DNA of 64,000 nucleotides, taken from contig OZ241892.1 in the NCBI GenBank assembly GCA_965203485.1, forward strand, positions 1,792,001 through 1,856,000, read 5' to 3'. Below the pieces are notes generated by a model. The model was given only the letters and a program-made list of their open reading frames with translations. It made no database searches and was not told the DNA's origin. The DNA comes from Longimicrobiales bacterium (lineage in GTDB: Bacteria; Gemmatimonadota; Gemmatimonadetes; Longimicrobiales; Gaopeijiaceae). Within the stretch, counting starts at the first letter, position 1, and each line of letters opens with the position of its first letter. Shown here piece by piece: positions 11,881 through 22,145 of this stretch. Made by a program: the position numbers and the translations under genes.

Positions 11881-13056
11881 TCACGCGCCTAGAGCCGCGC
11901 GCAGCTCGTCCACTCTGTTCGTCTCCTCCCATGCGAAGAACCGCACGCAGCATCCTCCGACGACCGCCGCCCTGGGCTCGCGCCCGAAATGGCCGAACGC
12001 CGCCGTGTCGCGGAAGACGGGCTTGTCCAAGTCCAGCGCGCGAATCATGCCCTGCGGCGTGAAGTCGAACACCTCGCGCACCGCCTCCGAGAGCCGTTCG
12101 TCGCCGAACTCGCTGGTCCCGAACGAGTCTACGAACACCTGCACCGGATCGCGCTGTCCGATCGCGTAGGCCAGCTGCACCTCGCAACGCGACGCAACCC
12201 CGGCGGCGACCAAATTCTTGGCCGCCCAGCGAGCCGCGTAGGCGCCGGAGCGGTCCACCTTGGTGGCGTCCTTGCCCGAGAACGCGCCGCCCCCGTGACG
12301 CGCCGTGCCCCCGTACGTGTCCACGATGATCTTGCGCCCGGTCATGCCGGCGTCGCCGTGGGGGCCGCCCTGCACGAAGCGGCCGCTGGGGTTGATCAGA
12401 CAGCAGGCGTCGTCCGGATCGAAGTAGTCCGCCGGCAGGGCCTGCCTCACCACGCGCGCCATCAGTTCTTCGTGTATCTCCTCTCGCATCTTGCCGTCGG
12501 CGTGCTGCGCGCTCAGCACCACCGTTTTTACGCGCACGGGCCGCGAGCCGTCGTACTCGAACGTCACCTGGGACTTGCCGTCGGGCCGCAGCCAGGACAG
12601 CTCGCCCGAGCGCCGCACTTCGGACAGGCGGCGCGCGAGAGCGTGCGCGTAGGTGATCGGGGCCGGCATCAGCGCGTCGGTCTCGTCGCAGGCGTATCCG
12701 AACATGAGGCCCTGGTCGCCGGCCCCGCCCCTGTCCACGCCCGCGCCGATCTCCGGCGACTGGCTGTCGATCGACTGGAGCACCGCGCACGTCTTGGCGT
12801 CGATGCCGTACTCGGCTCGCTTGTAGCCTATCCCGCGGAGCGTCTCGCGCACCAACTTGGCGAAGTCGACGCGGGCGCGCGTGGTGATCTCGCCGGCCAG
12901 GAGCGCCAGCCCCGTCGTCACCAGCGTCTCGCAAGCGACGCGGGCCCTAGGATCCTCTGCGAGGACGGCGTCCAGAACCGCGTCCGATATCTGGTCGGCA
13001 ATCTTGTCGGGATGTCCGTCGGTGACGGATTCGGAAGTGAAGAGTCGCTTGGCCAA
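11881..13056 (-). CDS. metK: S-adenosylmethionine synthetase
   Basis: [19 protein letters not shown] and GGGAFSGKD motifs; TTG 13056 start with AGGAG RBS. Confidence 0.96.
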   Translation of the reverse strand: MAKRLFTSESVTDGHPDKIADQISDAVLDAVLAEDPRARVACETLVTTGLALLAGEITTRARVDFAKLVRETLRGIGYKRAEYGIDAKTCAVLQSIDSQSPEIGAGVDRGGAGDQGLMFGYACDETDALMPAPITYAHALARRLSEVRRSGELSWLRPDGKSQVTFEYDGSRPVRVKTVVLSAQHADGKMREEIHEELMARVVRQALPADYFDPDDACCLINPSGRFVQGGPHGDAGMTGRKIIVDTYGGTARHGGGAFSGKDATKVDRSGAYAARWAAKNLVAAGVASRCEVQLAYAIGQRDPVQVFVDSFGTSEFGDERLSEAVREVFDFTPQGMIRALDLDKPVFRDTAAFGHFGREPRAAVVGGCCVRFFAWEETNRVDELRAALGA

Positions 13057-13305
13057 GGCGGCGCGGGCTCCTAACGGAGTTGCGGGGATGGGAGGGAGAG
13101 GGGGAAGAAACCGGGCCGAAAGTGTCACCGAAGCGCCGGGTTAGGGCAAGCTCGCCGACCGGATCCGCCAAGCGGTCGCTTCCGGCTTGGACTCCCGGGA
13201 CGACGCCGGGGCGCCGCCGCCCGTCCGGCTGGACGACAACCTAATCTTTCGGAGCGGCGGGCTCGCCGGGACGGCAGATTCGGCGTCCCTCCCGCTCCCG
13301 CTAGG

Positions 13306-14070
13306 CTAGGGCGACACCGTTGCAAGGTACCAGGACACGACCGGCCCGCCCCAACCGTACGCGAGCGCGCCCCCGAGCGCCAGGAACGTGCCAAAGGGCA
13401 CCAGGCGGCCGGTCCGGACGGCAACCGGACCGAAGATCGCGGCCCCCAGCAGCGCCCCCGCGAAGATCGCGAGCACCGCGCCCGCCGGCCCCAGGAACGC
13501 GCCGGCCATCGCCATCGCCTTGACGTCGCCCCCGCCGAGCGCGTCGCGCTTGAAGGCGGCCTTGCCCGCGAGCGCCGCTGCCCAGAGCGTCCCAAAGCCC
13601 ACGAGCGCGCCTGCCGCGGCGCCCCCGGCGGACGGTCCGCCGGACAACGGCGACAGCGCCAAGCCGACGGCGGCTCCGCCCCACGTGAACTGGTCGGGAA
13701 TCAGGTAGGTGCGCGCGTCGGCCAGGGCCACGCCCAGCAGGATCGTCAGGAAGACCGCGCCCCGAAACGCCTCGGGCTGCGCGCCCCAGCGGTGGGCGGC
13801 CGCAGCCCAGAGCAGCGCCCCTGCGGCCTCGGCCAAGGGATACTGGAGCGAGATGCGCGTCCGGCAGCTGCGGCACCGTCCGCGAACGGCCGCGTATCCC
13901 AGCAACGGCACGATCTCGAACCAGCGAAGCGGCGCCGCGCAGACCGGGCAGGCGGAGCGCGGAGACAGCGCCGACCGGCCCGCTGGCCAACGAAGCGCGC
14001 ACACGTTGGCGAACGAGCCGGCGCACGCCCCCAGCACGGCGGCCAACCAAACCGCGCCCGCGTCAGCCAA
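13306..14070 (-). CDS. pilD: Prepilin peptidase (A24 family)
   Basis: GSFANV, Zn-binding CPVC...CRSC, IPD, LGGGDVK and VPFGTFL. Confidence 0.88.
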   Translation of the reverse strand: MADAGAVWLAAVLGACAGSFANVCALRWPAGRSALSPRSACPVCAAPLRWFEIVPLLGYAAVRGRCRSCRTRISLQYPLAEAAGALLWAAAAHRWGAQPEAFRGAVFLTILLGVALADARTYLIPDQFTWGGAAVGLALSPLSGGPSAGGAAAGALVGFGTLWAAALAGKAAFKRDALGGGDVKAMAMAGAFLGPAGAVLAIFAGALLGAAIFGPVAVRTGRLVPFGTFLALGGALAYGWGGPVVSWYLATVSP

Positions 14071-14839
14071 CGACGGCGGCGGCCCGCGTCAGCAGGTACA
14101 TGAGAATCGATCCGGCCACCGCGACGTTGAGGGACTCCACGCCCGGCGCGAGCGGAACGGCCAAGCCGCGGCCGGCGCGGCGCACCCCTTCCGAGACGCC
14201 GTTTCCCTCGCCGCCCACCGCCAGGACCCAGGACGGCCCGCCGGCCTCCCGCGCCGACGCGGCGCCGACAGGCGCTCCGCCCGCGTCCGCGTAGAGGAGG
14301 CTGGGGACCGAACCGTCTTCGGGAAACCCCGCCGGGAGCCCGAGGAAGCTCATGCGAAACGCCGCGCCCGCCGAAGCGCGCACGGCCTTGGGATTCCACG
14401 GATCGGCCGTGCCCGCGCCGATCACGACGCCGTTCAGTCCGAAGCCGCGCGCCGAGCGGACCAGCGCGCCCAAGTTGCCGGGCGTCTGGACGCCGTCGGC
14501 CAGCAGGAAGCGGCCGCGCGCCAGCGAGCGGCGTTCGAGCGGGGGCGTCCGCACGGCCAGGATCACCGGCTGCGGCGTCTCGGTCGTGCAAAGGCGACGC
14601 ACATCGCCGTCGGCGGCGCGATCGAGAGCCACGCCCTTCGCCCTGCACGCCTCCGCAATGCCGCGGCCGGCGTCGGTTCCGGCGTAGGAGTCGCCCAGGA
14701 GCGCCCACGCGACTTCCACGGGCGCCTCGAGCGCTTCCATCGCCACCCGCGGTCCCTCCGCCAAGGCCAGTCCCGCCCGCTCGCGGGTTCGGCGCCGGGC
14801 CAGCTGGGCCGCGAGCCGGCGCCTAGACTTGCTGATCAT
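14063..14839 (-). CDS. TrmH/SpoU family RNA methyltransferase
   Basis: DGVQTPGNLGALVRSA, GGEGNGVS and VESLNVAVAG; ATG 14839. Confidence 0.88.
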   Translation of the reverse strand: MISKSRRRLAAQLARRRTRERAGLALAEGPRVAMEALEAPVEVAWALLGDSYAGTDAGRGIAEACRAKGVALDRAADGDVRRLCTTETPQPVILAVRTPPLERRSLARGRFLLADGVQTPGNLGALVRSARGFGLNGVVIGAGTADPWNPKAVRASAGAAFRMSFLGLPAGFPEDGSVPSLLYADAGGAPVGAASAREAGGPSWVLAVGGEGNGVSEGVRRAGRGLAVPLAPGVESLNVAVAGSILMYLLTRAAAVVG

Positions 14840-14868
14840 GACCCGTTGACCATAACTACGGACCTGCC

Positions 14869-15762
14869 ATGGAACGCGCCGACCCGCCTCCCCTGCCGCC
14901 CGCGACCCGACGACGGCGCGGCGCGGCACGTCCCGTGGGCGGCCCCTCCGGCCGTCCGCCGGTCGCGCTCGCCGTCGGGGGAAGCGACAGCTGCGGCGGA
15001 GCCGGCGTGCAGGCCGATCTCAAGACGTTCCACCAGTGGCGCGTGCACGGCGCGACGGCGGTGACGGCCGTCACGGCCCAGAACACGGCTGGCGTGCAAC
15101 GCGTGCAGGCGCTGGCGCCGGAGCTGGTGGCCGCCCAGATCGAGAGCGTGGCGGCCGACTTGGCGCCCGCCGCGGTCAAGACCGGGATGCTCGCCGACGC
15201 CGGCATCGCCGGGGCGGTGGCGGCCCGGTTGCGAGAGGGCGGCTTGGGCGCCTACGTCCTCGATCCGGTGATGGTCGCGACGAGCGGCGACCGGTTGCTG
15301 GCGCCCGATGCCGTGCGGGTCGTGCGCGAGCAGCTGTTGCCGCTGGCCGCGCTGGTCACGCCGAACTGGCCGGAGGCCGCGGCGCTCGCGGGAGACGCCG
15401 GCAAGGGGGGCGAGGACGGACTGGCCTGGGCGGCGCGCGCGTTGGTGGACGCCGGCGCCGGAGCGGCCTTGGTCAAGGGCGGCCATCTGCCGGGGCCGAG
15501 CGTGGCCGACGTCTTGTGGGACGGAGAAGCGCTCCGCGTGTTTCGGCATCCGCGGATCGGCGCGGCGAGCGTGCACGGCACCGGCTGCACCCTGGCCGCG
15601 GCCGCGACCGCGGCGCTGGCGCGGGGGAATCCGCTGGGGGAGGCGGTGGAGACGGCCGTGGCGTGGGTTCACCGCACGATCGCCGGAGCGCGTGGGCTGG
15701 GCGGCGGAGCCCGGTTGCTGGACCACTTCGCGGAGACCGGCACCGAAGCCCCCTGCCGCTGA
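14869..15762 (+). CDS. thiD: Hydroxymethylpyrimidine/phosphomethylpyrimidine kinase
   Basis: GSDSCGGAGVQADLKT, VKTGML, DPVMVATSG, TPN and HGTGCTL. Confidence 0.92.
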   Translation: MERADPPPLPPATRRRRGAARPVGGPSGRPPVALAVGGSDSCGGAGVQADLKTFHQWRVHGATAVTAVTAQNTAGVQRVQALAPELVAAQIESVAADLAPAAVKTGMLADAGIAGAVAARLREGGLGAYVLDPVMVATSGDRLLAPDAVRVVREQLLPLAALVTPNWPEAAALAGDAGKGGEDGLAWAARALVDAGAGAALVKGGHLPGPSVADVLWDGEALRVFRHPRIGAASVHGTGCTLAAAATAALARGNPLGEAVETAVAWVHRTIAGARGLGGGARLLDHFAETGTEAPCR

Positions 15763-15912
15763 TCACGGGGTCGGCGCGGCGCGAAGCGGCCACGGGCCCG
15801 CGGGTGGCGGGTGACCAAGGCCGCCCGGCCCGTGGAAATCCCCGCCGAATCGGCGGCCTCCCGTCCCGGCCTCCGCCCGCGCGAGGGACGGCCCGACTGC
15901 GGACCATCCGCG

Positions 15913-16797
15913 TCAACCGGCGGACACGCCGTCCCGTCCGTCGGCGGCTAGAGCGTCCAGCGCCGGAATCGTCTCGGCGAGCAGCCGTGCCAGCGCGGGA
16001 CCGGCGCGCGCGCCTGCTTCGGCGACTTCTTCGTGCTCGAGCGTGCCCGGCGCCAACCCGGCCGCCCAGTTCGTGATCAGCGAAACCGCCGCCGTTCGCT
16101 GTCCGAGCGCCCGGCCCGCCGCGGCCTCGGGCGCCGTGGACATGCCGACCGCGTCCGCCCCCGCCGCCGCCAGGGCGCGCACTTCGGCGGGCGTCTCGTA
16201 CTGGGGTCCCAGGACGGCGGCGTAGACTCCGCGAGCCACCGGCACGCCCGCCCGCGCCGCCGCCTGCTCGGCCGCATCCAGCATCGCCGCATCGTAGAGA
16301 CTCCCCGTCGGCGCACCGGGGAGCCGTCCAGCCAACGCCGCGTAAGCCGCCGGACGCGGCGGCGCGACGAGGTGGTCCGCGACGAGCATCAGCGAACCCG
16401 GCGCGAGGTCGGCCCGGATTCCCCCGGCCGCGTTGGTGAGCAGCAGCAGCCGGGCCCCGGCCGCCCGTCCGGCCCGCACGGGCGCACCCACGACGTCCGC
16501 CGCCAGGCCCTCGTACAAATGGAAGCGCCCCGACTGGACGAGCGCCGGAACCCCGCGCACCCGGCCCGCCACGAACCGTCCGGCGTGCCCCTGCACCGTC
16601 GGCGGCGGAAAGCCGGGCAGGTCGGCGAAGGGCACCACGACCGGCGCGTCCACGATCGACTCCGCGACGCCGAGTCCGGAGCCCAGCACCACGTGGACGC
16701 GGGGACGCAGGCCCGCCCGCTCCCGAAGGATTCGCCCCGCCCGCGCCGCGTCGTCCGCCGCTGTCGGCGCCCGCCGGTCGGCGGCGCGCCGAATCAA
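15913..16797 (-). CDS. punA: Purine nucleoside phosphorylase (trimeric, PNP-I type)
   Basis: VLGSGLG, GRFHLYEG, TNAAGG, GPQYETPAE and VGMST; TTG 16797 overlaps the nupC stop. Confidence 0.88.
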   Translation of the reverse strand: MIRRAADRRAPTAADDAARAGRILRERAGLRPRVHVVLGSGLGVAESIVDAPVVVPFADLPGFPPPTVQGHAGRFVAGRVRGVPALVQSGRFHLYEGLAADVVGAPVRAGRAAGARLLLLTNAAGGIRADLAPGSLMLVADHLVAPPRPAAYAALAGRLPGAPTGSLYDAAMLDAAEQAAARAGVPVARGVYAAVLGPQYETPAEVRALAAAGADAVGMSTAPEAAAGRALGQRTAAVSLITNWAAGLAPGTLEHEEVAEAGARAGPALARLLAETIPALDALAADGRDGVSAG

Positions 16798-18455
16798 ACG
16801 AGCGCGCCCGCGATGGCCGCCGTCATGAACGCGGCCAGCGATCCTCCGACCATCGCGCGCAGGCCCAGGCGCGCCAAGTCCTTCCGCCGCGACGGCGCGA
16901 TCCCCCCGATTCCCCCGATCTGAATCGCGATCGAGGAGAAGTTGGCGAACCCGGAGATCGCGTAGGCCGCGATGACCGCCGACCGCGGCGACAAGGCGTC
17001 GCGGGCCATGTCGTCCGCCAGTCCCATGTAGGCCACGAACTCGGTCGCCACCGTCTTGAGCCCCATGAGCGCGCCCACGGCCGACGCCTCCTGCCAGGGC
17101 ACGCCCATCACCCAGGCGACCGGGGCGAGCGCCGCGCCCAGGATCGCCTCCAGCGACAGCCCGTCGAACCCGACCAGCCCTCCCGCCCATCCCAGCACGG
17201 CGTTCAGGAGCGCGATCATGGCCAGGAACGCCATCAGCATCGCGCCCACGTTGAGCGCCAAGTGCAGTCCCTCGCCCGCCCCGCGCGCCGCGGCCTCGAT
17301 CACGTTCACGTCGGGCCGCTCGACGTCCCCGCGCGCGCCGCCGGCCAAGCCGCCCGCCGTGTCCGGCCGGCCCTCCTCCGGCAGCATCAGCTTCGCCACC
17401 AGCATCGCGGCCGGCGCCGACATCACCGACGCCGCCATCAGGTGCCCGGCGATGTCCGGAAAGAAGCCCGACAGCATCCCCGCGTACGCCGCCATGACGC
17501 CGCCCGCCACGGTCGCGAAGCCGCCGGTCATGATCGCCATCAGCTCGGAGCGCGTCATCCGCTCCACGAACGGCTTGACGAGCAACGGCGCCTCGGTCTG
17601 GCCGATGAAGATGTTGCCCGCCACCGTCAGCGTCTCGGCCCCGCTCGTCTTCATGGTGCGCCGCATCACCCAGGCGATCCCGCCCACCACCCGCTGCATG
17701 ACGCCCAAGTGGTACAGCACCGTCATCAGCGAAGCGAAGAAGATGATCGTCGGCAGCACGTTGAACGCGACGAACGCTCCCGTCTGCGCCACGCGCCGCC
17801 CCTCCGCCGCGAACTCGCCTCCGCCCGGCTCCAGCGTGCCCACCGGCACCTCGTTGCGCACCAAGTTGCCGAACAGGAACCGCGCCCCCTCTTCCGTGAA
17901 GCCCACGACGGCGAGGATCGCGTCGTTGGCCGCCGAGAACACGCCCGCGCCCACCGGCGTGCGCAGAATCAGGAACGCGAACGCGATCTGCAGGCCCAGG
18001 CCCCACAACACCACCCGCCACTGCACGAGCCGCCGGTTGCTGCTGAGCGCCCACGCGATGCCCGTCAGCACGAACAGGCCGAGGACGCCGCGGTAGCGCG
18101 TGAAGGGGCCGGGCTGGGCGGCGGACGAAAGGCGTCCGATCTGCGCGGGCTCGAGCGGGAGAGCGGCGGGCGGAGCCGTCGCGCTGGACTGGGCGGACGA
18201 GCTTGCCGGCGGCCCCGCAACCTCTGGTTGCCCCGCAACCGGAACGAGGGCGGCGGACGCGGGCGTGCCGGGTTGGGGAGACGGCCTTGCCGCGGCGGGC
18301 ACGCCGAGGACGCGCGACGCCGGTGCGGACTCGGCGGCCGCCGCCACGCCGACCGAGCCGGCCAGACCGGGAACCAGCGAACCCGCCATGGCCACGCACG
18401 CCAGAGCGATCGGCAACCGACGGCCAGCCCAAGCCGACTTCGGCTCTTTCGTCAT
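16794..18455 (-). CDS. nupC: CNT/NupC family nucleoside:cation symporter with long Pro/Ala-rich N-terminal extension
   Basis: VLPTIIFF, NIFIGQTEAPL, GGFATVAGGV and GFANFSSIAIQIGG; AAGGAG RBS. Confidence 0.93.
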   Translation of the reverse strand: MTKEPKSAWAGRRLPIALACVAMAGSLVPGLAGSVGVAAAAESAPASRVLGVPAAARPSPQPGTPASAALVPVAGQPEVAGPPASSSAQSSATAPPAALPLEPAQIGRLSSAAQPGPFTRYRGVLGLFVLTGIAWALSSNRRLVQWRVVLWGLGLQIAFAFLILRTPVGAGVFSAANDAILAVVGFTEEGARFLFGNLVRNEVPVGTLEPGGGEFAAEGRRVAQTGAFVAFNVLPTIIFFASLMTVLYHLGVMQRVVGGIAWVMRRTMKTSGAETLTVAGNIFIGQTEAPLLVKPFVERMTRSELMAIMTGGFATVAGGVMAAYAGMLSGFFPDIAGHLMAASVMSAPAAMLVAKLMLPEEGRPDTAGGLAGGARGDVERPDVNVIEAAARGAGEGLHLALNVGAMLMAFLAMIALLNAVLGWAGGLVGFDGLSLEAILGAALAPVAWVMGVPWQEASAVGALMGLKTVATEFVAYMGLADDMARDALSPRSAVIAAYAISGFANFSSIAIQIGGIGGIAPSRRKDLARLGLRAMVGGSLAAFMTAAIAGALV

Positions 18456-19522
18456 CTCGGAGGACTCCTTGCGGGCGGCTCGCGTGGCCGGTAAGGCCGG
18501 AACAAAGGTGCCCCGTCACGTCGGTGCTGTCCACCGGGCGAGGCCGTTGCGCTTGCCGCCATGCGCGACCGCGACCTCTCCAGTTCGCCGAGCGGGCGGC
18601 TTCACACGTCCCCGGGCCCTTGCTGTCGAAAGACCTCCGGTGTTCTGCACCGAGAGCGGACGACCCTCGCCCGCGTCGCCACGCTCGCGGGCGGGCGCGT
18701 TCTTGTCTTTGAACGCCGATCGCGGCCCGCACGTGGCCGGGCCCCGCGCCGAACCAGCCAACCGCGCCCGACGTCGCTCCGACGGGCTCCGCGCGGCTAC
18801 TCCTTGCGCCCTCTCGACAACCTGCCGCATCTTCTCTTGCGGAGCACGCCCGCGCCCCGACCGTCGGTACATTCTCGGCTACAGGACCGCTCGTGCCATG
18901 AGCGGTCCGAGAGAACGGAGAAGGCGGCAATTCGCACATGATCATGACCGCCGCCGATGTCCGAGCGCGACTGCTGGCCTATCTCGACACGCCGTACACT
19001 GCACCCCTGTTCGTGCTTGGTGACGCCGCCGCTGTGTTGCGGCATTTTCCGTCAAACCTCTTCGATTGTTGCATGACAAGCCCCCCATACTGGGGCAAGC
19101 GCGAGTATGCCGATGCGGGCATCGGCCTCGAAGATCACTACCGCGACTTCATCGACAACTTGGTGGCCATATGCGCCGAAATCAAGCGCGTTCTTCGGCC
19201 CACTGGTTCGTTCTGGCTCAACATCGGAGACTCCTATCACCGCAAGCAACTGCTCGGGATACCTTGGCGAGTCGCTCTCGAGCTAACTGACAAGCAAGAT
19301 TGGACGTTGCGCAACAGCATTGTGTGGAACAAGATAAAGGGCGGTCCTGACAATACTAAAGATCGTCTTCGAAACGTGCACGAGCACATCTTCCTGGAGT
19401 TGCCCCGGTATGGTGGACGGGCAAGGATCTTGGGTTCAGATGGTGCAATGTGAAACATGACTTTAGGAAGGACGGAGGCGCAAGGGCGCCGAACGGTCTC
19501 GTGTCGAGGGGGTCGGTGCACT

Positions 19523-20371
19523 TTACGCGACCGCACGCTTGCGCTCGAAGCCGGCGGGGGATTCGTAGCCGAGCGCCGAGTGTCGGCGCCGCGAGTTGTA
19601 GAAGCCTTCGATGAAGGCGAAGACGGCGCGCCGGGCTTCGGCCGGACTTGTGAACTGGCAACGGTCCAGCAACTCGCATTCCAACGTGGCGAAGAAGCTC
19701 TCGCACATCGCGTTGTCGTAGGCGTCGCCCACCGAGCCCGTCGAGCGACGCACGCCGGCCTTCCTGCACCGCTCGCCGAACGCCCAGGACGTGTACTGCG
19801 ACCCCTGGTCCGAGTGATGGATCACGGTCTCTGGACTGCGGTTCTCGACGGCCATGGCGAGCGCGCGCTCGACGAGTTCGCCGCGCAGGTGCGTCTCCAT
19901 GGCCCAGCCGACGACGCGGCGGCTCCAGGCGTCGACGACGACCGCCAGGTAGAGCCATCCGGCCCCGGCCGGCACGTACGTGATGTCGGCGACCCAGAGC
20001 TGGTCGGGGCCTTCGGCGCTGAAGTCGCGCTCGACCAAGTCCGGAGCCGGGCGCGCGTGGGCGTCGCGCACCGTCAGCGCCACCTTGCGGCGCCTGCGGC
20101 TCGCGCCTTCGATGCCCTCCTCGCGCATGAGGCGGGCGACGCGCTTCGGACCGACGCGCTCGCCCCAGGCCGCGAGATCGGCGTGGATGCGCGGTCGCCC
20201 GTACGTCCGCCGGCTCGCTTCCCAGCTGCGGCGCACCAAGACGCGCAACGCGTCGTCGCGCAACGCGCTCGCCGATCGGGGACGCTTCAGCCATGCATAG
20301 AAGCCGCTCGGGGAGAGACCGAGGACGCGGCACATCGCGCGCACGGGAAACACGGCCCGGTGCGCTTTCAC
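19523..20371 (-). CDS. IS3 transposase OrfB (DDE/rve), copy 1
   Basis: WVADITY, HHSDQGSQY and DNAMCESFF. Confidence 0.95.
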   Translation of the reverse strand: MKAHRAVFPVRAMCRVLGLSPSGFYAWLKRPRSASALRDDALRVLVRRSWEASRRTYGRPRIHADLAAWGERVGPKRVARLMREEGIEGASRRRRKVALTVRDAHARPAPDLVERDFSAEGPDQLWVADITYVPAGAGWLYLAVVVDAWSRRVVGWAMETHLRGELVERALAMAVENRSPETVIHHSDQGSQYTSWAFGERCRKAGVRRSTGSVGDAYDNAMCESFFATLECELLDRCQFTSPAEARRAVFAFIEGFYNSRRRHSALGYESPAGFERKRAVA

Positions 20372-20682
20372 GAACTCGAACCCTCTCCGGGAATCGAGCC
20401 GCTCTCCCGAGCGAACCAGGCCGCGGCTTTTTTTAGAATGTCGCGCTCGAGGCGCAACTGCTTGTTCTCCCGCTTCAGGCGGCGCAACTCGTCCCGCTCG
20501 CGCGTCGTCGTCCCGTCGTCGCGACGGCCCTCGTCGAGATCGGCCTGCTCGACCCAGTTGCGGATCGTCGGCGCCGACGGCTCGAACTCACGCGCCAGCG
20601 CCTCCGGCGACCGGCCCGAACGCGCCAGATCCACCATTCGCCGCCGGTACTCCAGCGGGTACTGCTTGCGTTTCTTCGGCAT
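20368..20682 (-). CDS. IS3 OrfA (HTH + leucine zipper), copy 1
   Basis: MPKKRKQYPLEYRR...LKRENKQLRLERDILKKAAAWFARE. Confidence 0.92.
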   Translation of the reverse strand: MPKKRKQYPLEYRRRMVDLARSGRSPEALAREFEPSAPTIRNWVEQADLDEGRRDDGTTTRERDELRRLKRENKQLRLERDILKKAAAWFARESGSIPGEGSSS

Positions 20683-21830
20683 CGTGGACTCCTCCTCGTC
20701 CCGAAAGATTGAACGTGTCCACCATGCCGGGGCAACTCCATCCATTTCGTTCCAACACCTCGAGGATATTACTATAACACTGATGTGATTCGCAGCACGC
20801 CGCAGAGGACGCGGGTTGTGAATGGCTCTGTCGTTTCGGCATCTGGCGTCCGGGGTGTTCGATACAAACGCCAGATACAATTGTCCACGGCTTTGGCCGA
20901 CAGTGAGAAGGAATCTGCTTTTAGGGCGCTCGACGCCATGCACGATCGCGTTCGCAAGAACGAAATCGCGGATTTTCGCATGATCATTCGCGGCCAGCAG
21001 CGGACGACGCACTCGGATTCCGAAAAGATATCCGGTCGCGCCAAGGAGCTCCGAGACAAGGGCTACTATTTTCTCCGTTATCATCCTAAAGGAAGCAAAC
21101 CGTCCGACGTATGGGACATACTTCCAGAAGACAGCCATAACCGGAGAAGCCATTTTGCGCCTTATCCCAAGGACCTGTGCCGGATACCGATCATGGCGAC
21201 TTGTCCCACGGGTGGATTGGTGCTCGATCCGTTCTGTGGCACAGGCACTACGATGGCCGTAGCCAGCGACCTAGGCAGAAAATCAGTGGGCGTGGACGTA
21301 TCCGGAGAATACCTCGAGATCGCTGCAGAACGGAACGCCACACTTCTATGAGTGATGTCGTCGAATTGTTTGGTCGTCGGACTGGCGATTCGGCATGTGT
21401 GTCGTGGGCTTCGGTTGTTCAGGACAGGAAATGTCCATTTGTCGACCGATCATGCATCAAGACCAGAAAGAGCGACCCTGGCGTGGCGATTGGCACATGT
21501 TCAGTACTGCACGGCAAAGACGATCGGTTAATTGTCATATGTCCGCTGCGGTTATTGCAAAATGGGCGAGTGTTCATTGATTGTCTCCAACTCTTGTCAC
21601 GGCATGAACCGGGAAACGATATTCATGCTGTATCGGAAATGGTCGTTCCTGGAGGAAATATTGATTATGTTCTTGTTTCAGCCAGAAATGGACAGGTGGC
21701 AGATTTCGTAGGCATCGAGCTTCAAGCTTTGGACACTACGGGTACGGTGTGGCCCGCACGACAGCGATTTCTTGGAGTTGCCCCGGCATGGTGGACACGT
21801 TCAATCTTTCGGGACGAGGAGGAGTCCACG

Positions 21831-22145
21831 ATGCCGAAGAAACGCAAGCAGTACCCGCTGGAGTACCGGCGGCGAATGGTGGATCTGGCGCGTTCGGGCC
21901 GGTCGCCGGAGGCGCTGGCGCGTGAGTTCGAGCCGTCGGCGCCGACGATCCGCAACTGGGTCGAGCAGGCCGATCTCGACGAGGGCCGTCGCGACGACGG
22001 GACGACGACGCGCGAGCGGGACGAGTTGCGCCGCCTGAAGCGGGAGAACAAGCAGTTGCGCCTCGAGCGCGACATTCTAAAAAAAGCCGCGGCCTGGTTC
22101 GCTCGGGAGAGCGGCTCGATTCCCGGAGAGGGTTCGAGTTCGTGA
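21831..22145 (+). CDS. IS3 OrfA, copy 2
   Basis: GAGGAGGAG RBS, ATG 21831; same protein as copy 1. Confidence 0.92.
   Translation: MPKKRKQYPLEYRRRMVDLARSGRSPEALAREFEPSAPTIRNWVEQADLDEGRRDDGTTTRERDELRRLKRENKQLRLERDILKKAAAWFARESGSIPGEGSSS
22079..22115 (+). other. Programmed -1 ribosomal frameshift signal of the IS (A7G plus downstream GCCGC...GCGGC stem)
   Basis: CTA AAA AAA GCC in OrfA; OrfB is in the -1 frame, as is typical for IS3-family OrfAB fusion. Confidence 0.75.

Larger units (their letters stand above)
19395..20740 (-). mobile_element. IS3-family insertion sequence, copy 1 (1346 bp)
   Basis: TG...CA ends, 24-bp terminal IRs TGGAGTTGCCCCGG(C/T)ATGGTGGAC, 3-bp target duplication TCC (19392-19394 / 20741-20743). 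Confidence 0.97.
18938..21351 (+). pseudogene. Beta-class N4-C/N6-A DNA methyltransferase split by an IS3 copy (pieces 18938-19394 and 20744-21351)
   Basis: Motif IV TSPPYW is in the 5' part and motif I DPFCGTGTT in the 3' part. Removing the IS plus one TCC copy restores ...HEHIF-H-FVPTPRGYYYNTDVIRS..., 354 aa in frame. Confidence 0.92.

Noticed and set aside
13230..13300. Possible SAM-I riboswitch upstream of metK (GAGCGGGAGGGAC...GAAAGAT on the minus strand)
   Set aside because: Lacks the 5' AUC of P1 and the GCAAC and GUGC core; better explained as a GC hairpin after the prepilin peptidase stop. An Rfam scan would settle it.
14840..14868. TPP riboswitch before thiD
   Set aside because: Only about 30 bp separate the divergent genes and no CUGAGA/ACCUGA motifs are present.
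18456..18937. Nucleoside or purine riboswitch in the long nupC upstream region
   Set aside because: No recognisable purine, ZTP or ykkC consensus; a TGGACA-N17-CACCTT promoter-like element close to the start implies a short leader.
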